64,000 nucleotides of DNA from Eledone cirrhosa (Eukaryota). The stretch lies in assembly GCA_964016885.1 (NCBI GenBank), contig OZ024758.1, positions 33,356,001 to 33,420,000 on the forward strand, written 5' to 3'. Position 1 is the first letter of the stretch. The number at the start of each line of letters is the position of its first letter. Below the pieces are notes generated by a model. That model had not been told where the DNA came from, ran no database searches, and saw nothing but the letters and a program-made list of their open reading frames with translations. A program made the translations under genes and the position numbers. Shown in pieces: positions 53,101-64,000 of the stretch.

Positions 53101-56100
53101 GGTGACAGTACTAGTGACACTGTTGGTGACAGTACTAGTGACACTGTTGGTGACAGTACTAGTGACACTGTTGGTGGTGACAGTACTAGTGACACTGTTG
53201 GTGACAGTATTAGTGACACTGTTGGTGACAGTACTAGTGACACTGTTGGTGACAGTACTAGTGACACTGTTGGTGACAGTACTAGTGACACTGTTGGTGA
53301 CAGTACTAGTGACACTGTTGGTGACAGTACTAGTGACACTGTTGGTGACAGTACTAGTGACACTGTTGGTGACAGTACTAGTGACACTGTTGGTGACAGT
53401 ACTAGTGACACTGTTGGTGGTGGCAGTACTAGTGACACTGTTGGTGACAGTACTAGTGACACTGTTGGTGACAGTACTAGTGACACTGTTGGTGGTGGCA
53501 GTACTAGTGACACTGTTGGTGACAGTACTAGTGACACTGTTGGTGACAGTACTAGTGACACTGTTGGTGACAGTACTAGTGACACTGTTGGTGACAGTAC
53601 TAGTGACACTGTTGGTGACAGTACTAGTGACACTGTTGGTGGTGACAGTACTAGTGACACTGTTGGTGACAGTACTAGTGACACTGTTGGTGACAGTACT
53701 AGTGACACTGTTGGTGGTGACAGTACTAGTGACACTGTTGGTGGTGACAGTACTAGTGACACTGTTGGTGACAGTACTAGTGACGCTGTTGGTGACAGTA
53801 CTAGTGACACTGTTGGTGACAGTACTAGTGACACTGTTGGTGACAGTACTAGTGACACTGTTGGTGAGAGTACTAGTGACACTGTTGGTGGTGACAGTAC
53901 TAGTGACACTGTTGGTGACAGTACTAGTGTCACTGTTGGTGACAGTACTAGTGTCACTGTTGGTGACAGTACTAGTGTCACTGTTGGTGACAGTACTAGT
54001 GTCACTGTTGGTGACAGTACTAGTGACACTGTTGGTGACAGTACTAGTGACACTGTTGGTGGTGACAGTACTAGTGACGCTGTTGGTGACAGTACTAGTG
54101 ACACTGTTGGTGACAGTACTAGTGACACTGTTGGTGACAGTACTAGTGACACTGTGACACAGTTGGTGACAGTACTAGTGACACTGTTGGTGACAGTACT
54201 AGTGACACTGTTGGTGGTGACAGTACTAGTGTCACTGTTGGTGACAGTACTAGTGACACAGTTGGTGACAGTACTAGTGACACTGTTGGTGACAGTACTA
54301 GTGACACTGTTGGTGACAGTACTAGTGACACTGCTGGTGACAGTACTAGTGACTCTGTTGGTGACAGTACTAGTGACACTGTTGGTGACAGTACTAGTGA
54401 CACTGTTGGTGGTGACAGTACTAGTGACACTGTTGGTGACAGTACTAGTGACACTGCTGGTGACAGTACTAGTGACTCTGTTGGTGACAGTACTAGTGAC
54501 ACTGTTGGTGACAGTACTAGTGACACTGTTGGTGGTGACAGTACTAGTGACACTGTTGGTGACAGTACTAGTGTCACTGTTGGTGACAGTACTAGTGTCA
54601 CTGTTGGTGACAGTACTAGTGACACTGTTGGTGACAGTACTGGTGACACTGTTGCTGACAGTACTAGTGACACTGTTGGTGACAGTACTAGTGACACTGT
54701 TGGTGGTGACAGTACTAGTGACACTGTTGGTGACAGTACTAGTGTCACTGTTGGTGACAGTACTAGTGACACTGTTGGTGACAGTACTAGTGACACTGTT
54801 CGTGACAGTACTAGTGACACTGTTCGTGACAGTACTAGTGACACTGTTGGTGACAGTACTAGTGACACTGTTGGTGACAGTACTAGTGTCACTGTTGGTG
54901 GTGACAGTACTAGTGACACTGTTGGTGACAGTACTAGTGTCACTGTTGGTGACAGTACTAGTGACACTGTTGGTGACTGTACTAGTGACACTGTTGGTGA
55001 CAGTACTAGTGACACTGTTGTGACAGTACTAGTGACACTGTTGGTGGTGACAGTACTAGTGACACTGTTGGTGACAGTACTAGTGACACTGTTGGTCACA
55101 GTACTAGTGACACTTTTGGTGACAGTACTAGTGACACTGTTGGTGGTGACAGTACTAGTGACACTGTTGGTGACAGTACTAGTGACACTGTTGGTGGTGA
55201 CAGTACTAGTGACACTGTTGGTGACAGTACTAGTGTCACTGTTGGTGACAGTACTAGTGTCACTGTTGGTGACAGTACTAGTGTCACTGTTGGTGACAGT
55301 ACTAGTGACACTGTTGGTGACAGTACTAGTGACACTGTTGGTGACAGTACTAGTGACACTGTTGGTGACAGTACTAGTGACACTGTTGGTGACAGTACTA
55401 GTGACACTGTTGGTGGTGACAGTACTAGTGACACTGTTGGTGACAGTACTAGTGTCACTGTTGGTGACAGTACTAGTGTCACTGTTGGTGACAGTACTAG
55501 TGTCACTGTTGGTGACAGTACTAGTGACACTGTTGGTGACAGTACTAGTGACACTGTTGGTGACAGTACTAGTGACACTGTTGGTGACAGTACTAGTGAC
55601 ACTGTTGGTGACAGTGCTAGTGACACTGTTGGTGGTGACAGTACTAGTGACACTGTCGGTGACAGTACTAGTGACACTGTTGGTGACAGTACTAGTGACA
55701 CTGTTGGTGACAGTACTAGTGACACTGTTGGTGACAGTACTAGTGACACTGTTGGTGACAGTACTAGTGACACTGTTGGTGGTGACAGTACTAGTGACAC
55801 TGTTGGTGACAGTATTAGTGACACTGTTGGTGACAGTACTAGTGACACTGTTGGTGACAGTACTAGTGACACTGTTGGTGACAGTACTAGTGACACTGTT
55901 GGTGACAGTACTAGTGACACTGTTGGTGACAGTACTAGTGACACTGTTGGTGACAGTACTAGTGACACTGTTGGTGACAGTACTAGTGACACTGTTGGTG
56001 GTGGCAGTACTAGTGACACTGTTGGTGACAGTACTAGTGACACTGTTGGTGACAGTACTAGTGACACTGTTGGTGGTGGCAGTACTAGTGACACTGTTGG

Positions 56101-59100
56101 TGACAGTACTAGTGACACTGTTGGTGACAGTACTAGTGACACTGTTGGTGACAGTACTAGTGACACTGTTGGTGACAGTACTAGTGACACTGTTGGTGAC
56201 AGTACTAGTGACACTGTTGGTGGTGACAGTACTAGTGACACTGTTGGTGACAGTACTAGTGACACTGTTGGTGACAGTACTAGTGACACTGTTGGTGGTG
56301 ACAGTACTAGTGACACTGTTGGTGGTGACAGTACTAGTGACACTGTTGGTGGTGACAGTACTAGTGACACTGTTGGTGACAGTACTAGTGACGCTGTTGG
56401 TGACAGTACTAGTGACACTGTTGGTGACAGTACTAGTGACACTGTTGGTGACAGTACTAGTGACACTGTTGGTGAGAGTACTAGTGACACTGTTGGTGGT
56501 GACAGTACTAGTGACACTGTTGGTGACAGTACTAGTGTCACTGTTGGTGACAGTACTAGTGTCACTGTTGGTGACAGTACTAGTGTCACTGTTGGTGACA
56601 GTACTAGTGTCACTGTTGGTGACAGTACTAGTGACACTGTTGGTGACAGTACTAGTGACACTGTTGGTGGTGACAGTACTAGTGACGCTGTTGGTGACAG
56701 TACTAGTGACACTGTTGGTGACAGTACTAGTGACACTGTTGGTGACAGTACTAGTGACACTGTGACACAGTTGGTGACAGTACTAGTGACACTGTTGGTG
56801 ACAGTACTAGTGACACTGTTGGTGGTGACAGTACTAGTGTCACTGTTGGTGACAGTACTAGTGACACAGTTGGTGACAGTACTAGTGACACTGTTGGTGA
56901 CAGTACTAGTGACACTGTTGGTGACAGTACTAGTGACACTGTTGGTGACAGTACTAGTGACACTGCTGGTGACAGTACTAGTGACTCTGTTGGTGACAGT
57001 ACTAGTGACACTGTTGGTGACAGTACTAGTGACACTGTTGGTGGTGACAGTACTAGTGACACTGTTGGTGACAGTACTAGTGACACTGCTGGTGACAGTA
57101 CTAGTGACTCTGTTGGTGACAGTACTAGTGACACTGTTGGTGACAGTACTAGTGACACTGTTGGTGGTGACAGTACTAGTGACACTGTTGGTGACAGTAC
57201 TAGTGTCACTGTTGGTGACAGTACTAGTGTCACTGTTGGTGACAGTACTAGTGACACTGTTGGTGACAGTACTGGTGACACTGTTGCTGACAGTACTAGT
57301 GACACTGTTGGTGACAGTACTAGTGACACTGTTGGTGGTGACAGTACTAGTGACACTGTTGGTGACAGTACTAGTGACACTGTTGGTGACAGTACTAGTG
57401 ACACTGTTCGTGACAGTACTAGTGACACTGTTCGTGACAGTACTAGTGACACTGTTGGTGACAGTACTAGTGACACTGTTGGTGACAGTACTAGTGTCAC
57501 TGTTGGTGGTGACAGTACTAGTGACACTGTTGGTGACAGTACTAGTGTCACTGTTGGTGACAGTACTAGTGACACTGTTGGTGACTGTACTAGTGACACT
57601 GTTGGTGACAGTACTAGTGACACTGTTGTGACAGTACTAGTGACACTGTTGGTGGTGACAGTACTAGTGACACTGTTGGTGACAGTACTAGTGACACTGT
57701 TGGTCACAGTACTAGTGACACTTTTGGTGACAGTACTAGTGACACTGTTGGTGGTGACAGTACTAGTGACACTGTTGGTGACAGTACTAGTGACACTGTT
57801 GGTGACAGTACTAGTGACACTGTTGGTGGTGACAGTACTAGTGACACTGTTGGTGACAGTACTAGTGTCACTGTTGGTGACAGTACTAGTGTCACTGTTG
57901 GTGACAGTACTAGTGTCACTGTTGGTGACAGTACTAGTGACACTGTTGGTGACAGTACTAGTGACACTGTTGGTGACAGTACTAGTGACACTGTTGGTGG
58001 TGACAGTACTAGTGTCACTATTGGTGACAGTACTAGTGACACTGTTGGTGACAGTACTAGTGACACTGTTGGTGACAGTACTAGTGACACTGTTGGTGAC
58101 AGTACTAGTGACACTGTTGGTGACAGTACTAGTGACACTGTTGGTGGTGACAGTACTAGTGACACTGTTGGTGACAGTACTAGTGTTACTGTTGGTGACT
58201 ACTAGTGTCACTGTTGGTGACAGTACTAGTGTCACTGTTGGTGACAGTACTAGTGACACTGTTGGTGACAGTACTAGTGACACTGTTGGTGACAGTACCA
58301 GTGACACTGTTGGTGGTGACAGTACTAGTGACACTGTTGGTGACAGTACTAGTGACACTGTTGGTGGTGACAGTACTAGTGACACTGTTGGTGACAGTAC
58401 TAGTGACACTGTTGGTGACAGTACTAGTGTCACTGTTGGTGGTGACAGTACTAGTGACACTGTTGGTGACAGTACTAGTGACGCTGTTGGTGACAGTACT
58501 AGTGACACTGTTGGTGACAGTACTAGTGACACTGTTGGTGACAGTACTAGTGACACTGTTGGTGACAGTACTAGTGACACTGTTGGTGAGAGTACTAGTG
58601 ACACTGTTGGTGACAGTACTAGTGACACTGTTGGTGACAGTACTAGTGACACTGCTGGTGACAGTACTAGTGTCACTGTTGGTGACAGTACTAGTGACAC
58701 TGTTGGTGACAGTACTAGTGACACTGTTGGTGACAGTACTAGTGACACTGCTGGTGACAGTACTAGTGTCACTGTTGGTGACAGTACTAGTGACACTGTT
58801 GGTGACAGTACTAGTGACACTGCTGGTGACAGTACTAGTGTCACTGTTGGTGGTGACAGTACTAGTGACACTGTTGGTGACAGTACTAGTGACACTGTTG
58901 GTGACAGTACTAGTGACACTGTTGGTGACAGTACTAGTGACACTGTTGGTGACAGTACTAGTGACACTGTTGGTGACAGTACTAGTGACACTGTTGGTGA
59001 CAGTACTAGTGACACTGTTGGTGACAGTACTAGTGACACTGTTGGTGGTGACAGTACTAGTGACACTGTTGGTGACAGTACTAGTGACACTGTTGGTGAC

Positions 59101-59436
59101 AGTACTAGTGACACTGTTGGTGACAGTACTAGTGACACTGTTGGTGACAGTACTAGTGACACTGTTGGTGACAGTACTAGTGACACTGTTGGTGACAGTA
59201 CTAGTGACACTGTTGGTGGTGACAGTACTAGTGACACTGTTGGTGGTGACAGTACTAGTGACACTGTTGGTGACAGTACTAGTGTCACTGTTGGTGACAG
59301 TACTAGTGTCACTGTTGGTGACAGTACTAGTGTCACTGTTGGTGACAGTACTAGTGACACTGTTGGTGACAGTACTAGTGACACTGTTGGTGACAGTACT
59401 AGTGACACTGTTGGTGACAGTACTAGTGACACTGTT
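44155..59436. repeat. 24-bp satellite array, about 15.3 kb (roughly 620-640 units)
   Basis: Unit GTGACAGTACTAGTG(A/T)CACTGTTG, with 27-bp (+GGT) variants and rarer frameshifting variants. Confidence 0.99.
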
Positions 59437-59562
59437 GCTGTTGTTAATGGCTGTATAACAATAAAGCTGTTATGTTTTGCTGTATATCAGTGAGCTAGAT
59501 AGTGGTAAACTGTTGACCTGTGGTAGATTGTTGAGTGCTATAAACCCTTACCCAGTAGTATA

Positions 59563-59902
59563 TCATCATCATTATCATCATTTTACGTCCACTTTTCCCT
59601 GCTTGCAAGGGTGGGACTGGAACTGATTCTGGCATGATTTCTACAGCTGGATGCCCTTCCTAACACCAACCTCATTTACAGTGAGTGCTGGGTGCTTTTT
59701 TGTCGTGGCACCTCCACGACCACTTTGCAGTGGAATGATAGGGACCCCAGTCCTATCATCTCATTTCTACAGCTGAGTAAACTGGAGCAATGTGAAATAA
59801 AGTGTCTTGCTCAAGGAAACAACACATCACCCGGTGTGAGAATTGAACTCACAACCTTTCGATTGCAAGGCCAATGCTCTAACCACTAAGCCATGTGCCT
59901 CC
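59563..59902 (-). mobile_element. tRNA/CORE SINE with RTE tail
   Basis: Reverse of the 18370 family, ending GCCATGTGCCTCC. Confidence 0.9.
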
Positions 59903-59974
59903 ATAAGTAGCTTTATTACTGACCATATAAACTTGCTGGCTGGAGATTTTAATAGTAAACCATCTGTTTTAATG

Positions 59975-60486
59975 CATCCTTTCAAGGTTGATAAACAAAA
60001 GTACCAGTCTAGTACTGGGGTTGATTCTTCTTCTATATCTCTTTCTCACTTCCTGTCTTTCTACTTATTTCTCTGTGTTTAGATTGAGAGAGAGATGGAC
60101 TCTGCCAGGCTTTAAAAGACCCAAGAAACATTCTATGCTACTTCGGGGCCTCTATGACTTCAGGTGTTACGGGACTATACCATACCATCCTATATCATAC
60201 CATCCTATACCATACTATACCATACCATTCTATATCATACCATACCATGCTATACCATACCATACTATACTGTACCATACTATACCATACCATATCATAC
60301 CATACCATATCATACCATTCTGTATCATACCATACCTTACCATGCTATATCATACCATGCTATACCATACCATACCATACTATACCATACCATACTATAC
60401 CATGCCATACCATACTATATCAAACCATACCACACCATATCATGTCATGCCATACTATACCATGCCATACCATACTATACCATACA
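59975..60486 (+). mobile_element. 5'-truncated OR-like SINE whose tail expanded into an (ATACC)n array (60176-60486)
   Basis: Core CATCCTTTCAAGGTTGATAAA..GTACCAG; tail GTTACGGGACTATAC runs straight into ATACC repeats. Confidence 0.8.
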
Positions 60487-60489
60487 ATA

Positions 60490-60813
60490 ATTTTACGTCC
60501 ACTTTTCCCTGCTTGCAAGGGTGGGATGGGAACTGATTCTGGCTTGATTTCTACAGCTGGATGCCCTTCCTAACACTAACCTCATTTACAGTGAGTGCTG
60601 GGTGCTTTTTTGCCGTGGCACTTCCACAACCACTTTGCAGTGGAATGATAGGGACCCCAGTCCCTATCATCTCATTTCTACAGCTGAGTAAACTGGAGCA
60701 ATGTGAAATAAAGTGTCTTGCTCAAGGAAACAACACATCACCCGGTCTGAGAATTGAACTCACAACCTTTCGATTGCAAGGCCAATGATCTAACCACTAA
60801 GCTATGTGCCTCC
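60490..60813 (-). mobile_element. tRNA/CORE SINE with RTE tail
   Basis: Near-identical to 59563-59902. Confidence 0.9.
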
Positions 60814-60818
60814 ATATA

Positions 60819-60994
60819 CAAGGGCAATCCCAAAAGTAAGGTCTCCTTCTGATATTGCAACTTTTCCATTAAAATCCTGTGGATGGTGCTTCGGGAAACC
60901 TCAGGAACCAAAATGCAGAGAGCATCCAGAGTGATCCGCCGATCTTTACGCATGTTTTCCTTGGAAGGAGACCTTACTTTTGGGATTGCCCTCG
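60819..60994 (-). mobile_element. Mariner deletion derivative retaining a transposase HTH-like segment
   Basis: 28-bp TIRs C(A/G)AGGGCAATCCCAAAAGTAAGGTCTCC, TA on both sides; internal MRKDRRITLDALCILVPEVSRSTIHRILMEKLQYQK. Confidence 0.88.
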
Positions 60995-61223
60995 TATATA
61001 ATAACTGCGTGAAATTCGCACTTGGCGGTAGCGTTCAACGGGATCTCCATTCTCAACGGCTGCCAAGCCAAGATTGAGCATCCCAGCGAAGTGCGCGCAT
61101 GTGTGCGCGTGTCTGCATATGTATATAAATGTATATATATATGTGTAGGAATCCTGCTGTAAATCGGGAGGTAACCTCTGTTAATGAAGGGACTCAGTAC
61201 GTTAGTAAAGTATATTCATTAAA

Positions 61224-61780
61224 AGCCACTACTTTATATCCATGTAGGAGAACCCCTACCGATGCGCTGAACGAGTGTGACTTTTTAGTCCAGCCAGCAA
61301 CTTGAAAACTCTGGTACAAATACTACACTTGTAACAATTATTGACACATAGTGCTGGGCCCATGGTACCATGTGACAACAAGTGCAGAGAGATCTCCAGA
61401 TATAAAGCAATGCCTGTGCAGTGAAGCTTTTATAGTGAGCAAAGGCACTGCACAAAGCCAGTCCCACTCTCTTAACCAAGATGATATTTACCAAAAAGAA
61501 GAACACGTCAACATCATTGGATACCATCAGGGTTGCAGGTGTTATATCAGAGTTTTCCTTCTCCTAGAATTCTGCCTTGACAAAGGCTAAGGGGTCATCC
61601 CTCCCGGTGATTTTGGATGGCCATTGACTCTTAAGAGCTCCTTTGCCCTTTGACAGGTTTTGTTTTTAGTCCTGCAGGATGTCCAAAGTCACCCTCCTCA
61701 CTAAGAAACCTTGGTGGGGTTGCCAGTTTAATCGCCAACGACCCGACCATGAGACGGGTTGTACTGGGATACATAGGGAT
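61224..61780 (-). mobile_element. Second copy of the bipartite RTE derivative
   Basis: Highly similar to 29458-30015; finger reads [25 protein letters not shown]. Confidence 0.7.
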
Positions 61781-61799
61781 ATATATATACATACATACA

Positions 61800-62001
61800 T
61801 ACGATGGTCAGCTGAAAAATTCATAGGCTGACTATGAAGGAGTGATGCTAGAGCTGTGAAATCTTGCATGCATTAATTTCAACTCCTCTTATCAATAACA
61901 GTATTGTTACTCTCCAAGGACTGTTGAAAAACAATCCTCATTTGATCATTCCATAAGAGTACCTTGGTCAGCCTATGAACTTTTCAGCTGACCCTCTTAT
62001 A
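61800..62001. mobile_element. Mariner-type MITE
   Basis: TA-CGATGGTCAGCTGAAAAATTCATAGGCTGAC ... GTCAGCCTATGAACTTTTCAGCTGACC. Confidence 0.8.
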
Positions 62002-62804
62002 TACCCTGTTAATTGTGAACAGAATTTTCATTATTGAAACAATGTATTTGTAATACCATGATACAAATGGTATATTGGCAAAGGTGGTAGAATAATGGTT
62101 AAGTGATATAAAGTATGATTTTCCTGCCAATAATGTTCGTAGTTCTGTTCTTACTTGAGTCCTAGTCTTGATTTTTGCCTCTCATTCTTGTGGAGTTTAT
62201 AAAATAATGTCATAATTTGGAGAGGGCCATATTCTCATCATATTGCCAGAAATATCTGTTTGGTTTGGGTTGGCTTTTGTTTCAGTATATATTATATTTC
62301 TATAATTGATTCAGCTGGCAATCAATATTTATCATTGATTGACCAACTGTTAAAAATGTATATATATATATAGTTTCTTTCATCACACATCTGTGACATC
62401 ATCAGTGACATTGTTTCCTACTGTTGTATTGCTGTAATAAAATAAATATTTGATTAAAGTTACCAACAAAATCACTACAACTACTAGCTAACATTACTAT
62501 CATTGCAAACATATATATTTTTTCAACTGTCTCCTCTTTGTCTTCACCCCCCCCCCCCCCTCCTCATCATTAATAACATAATATCCATCTATTTTTTCTT
62601 ATTAACATGGATTTCAATCAAAAGAAATAAGAACTGTCAATTTAAATAAATAATCTACTAAATCCTGTTTGATTTTGAGTAAAATAAATCTTCTGCAAAT
62701 ATTAATTTTCTTCATGCGGCATTATATTCCACTGGAGATGAGGAAGATGCACCAGCAGGAACTTGTGGTTTTGAAAGGAGATGATGGCCTTCACAGTTGT
62801 TTTA

Positions 62805-63085
62805 AGATCAGTGTGGTGGTTCTTCTTGCTAGCATGGGTTAGACGAGATCTGTTGTGAGATAGACGAGGTCAGGTGACCATGTCTTGCTCATACGGAACT
62901 GATTTTCATTTGATTTTTACAGCTGGATGCCCTTCCTAATGCCAACCACATTTACAGTGAGTACTGGGTGCTTTTTGTGTCACTTACACAACCACTTTAC
63001 AGTGTGGACTGGGTGCTTTTTGTGACACCTATATGACCACTTTATAGTGTGGGCTGGGTGCTTTTTCTCATGACACCTACATGAG
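62805..63085 (-). mobile_element. RTE 3'UTR fragment
   Basis: GCATGGGTTAGACG and ACAGCTGGATGCCCTTCCTAA motifs. Confidence 0.75.
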
Positions 63086-63544
63086 CACTTTTGAACTAGA
63101 AGAAAAGCATAGATGAATAAAGGAATTTCAGAGAGATGATGATCTTTTGAGGATATAAAATGGTGACAGGAAGAGATGATTGGAGTCAAGTAGACCTGGG
63201 TAGATCTCATTGCTAGCGACACTCAACCCCACTTCCCACTCAGTGAATCTTGTCAATTCAGATTAAGATATACTAGATAATCTTAGATATATTTGTTGTT
63301 GGATCTCCATTGCTTCTAGCAGTGAGTGTTCCAGTTGTTCAAACACAACAGCATGCATATGACTGACCATTCCACAGCCACCTTGCACCCTTAATATAGT
63401 TCTCAAGAAGATTCAGTGTGACACAGACTATACACAGAGCTGGTTCTTTGAATTACAGATGCAACACAACAGCATGCTTGGGAAATTAACTTGCAAGTGA
63501 CTGAAATGAGCTCGGAGATAAGGGAGTTGTTCCATGTAGAGCCA

Positions 63545-63830
63545 CTACTTCTCCAAATTGTGAGATCACAGCTCCGATACTCTGGACATGTGGTTAGAAT
63601 GTCTTAGGAAAGAATCTTTGGACAGGTTTTATGGGAAAAAATAACCCACAGGAGGCCCAGAGGCAGACCCTGTGCAAAATAGTTGGATAACATCCATGAG
63701 CTTGGCTGGTCTCGCTTGGGGATCCAGCCGGATCAATTGAAAATGGTTGATTGTGACAACCTGCTGGAGGGAGAGTCTGAAGTCTCTGCCCCCACAACTC
63801 TCTCAGGAATAAGTGGGTGAAGAAGTGACT
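63545..63830 (+). mobile_element. RTE (Expander-like) 3' end
   Basis: Homologous to 2255 and 14250 (CTCTCAGGAATAAGTGGGTGAAGAAG). Confidence 0.7.
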
Positions 63831-63844
63831 GATCATTCTACAAA

Positions 63845-64000
63845 CACCCCCCACCCTTAAGATAGTTCTCAGGAATATTCAGTGTGACACAGTCTATACA
63901 CAAAGCTCGTTCTTTGAATTACAAGTACAACTTATTTTTGGCAACTGAGTGAACTGAAGCAACGTGGAATAAAGCATCTTGTTCAAAGACACAACACTTC
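63845..64000 (-). mobile_element. OK-like CORE SINE (cut by the window edge; related fragment at 63360-63460)
   Basis: Reverse of GTGTTGTGTCTTTGAACAAGATGCTTTATTCCACGTTGCTTCAGTTCACTCAG. Confidence 0.7.

Noticed and set aside
44112-59493. Very long ORFs (up to 1362 aa) of VTVLVTLL, GDSTSDTV, VSLVLSPT and TNSVTSTV repeats
   Set aside because: A by-product of a 24-bp unit lacking stops in four frames; ORFs switch frame at indel variants that were themselves duplicated.

Overview
AT-rich eukaryotic intergenic or intronic DNA. The SINE and RTE repertoire (tRNA-headed SINEs resembling octopus OK/OR families, RTE LINEs with (GAT)n tails) points to an octopus-like cephalopod; this is an inference from recalled repeat motifs, not a database search. 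I found no intact host gene, rRNA, tRNA gene or CRISPR array. The window is a nested set of decayed mobile elements: RTE LINE fragments, two Penelope-like elements (PLEs) with inverted ends, a HERO-like endonuclease remnant, an Ingi/Vingi-like LINE end, an internally deleted Helitron, piggyBac-like and mariner MITEs, and many SINEs. It also holds three tandem arrays (26, 40 and 24 bp units; the last spans about 15.3 kb). The most notable observations are: seven hammerhead-ribozyme-like motifs plus one remnant; a bipartite RTE derivative with a C2H2 finger and a possible HDV-like 5' fold; a 2.6 kb higher-order duplication in the 24-bp satellite; phase-specific SINE insertion into the 40-bp array; perfect palindromes next to RTE fragments; and an unidentified decayed coding remnant at 11.1-11.5 kb. 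Coordinates were read by eye and boundaries are approximate.
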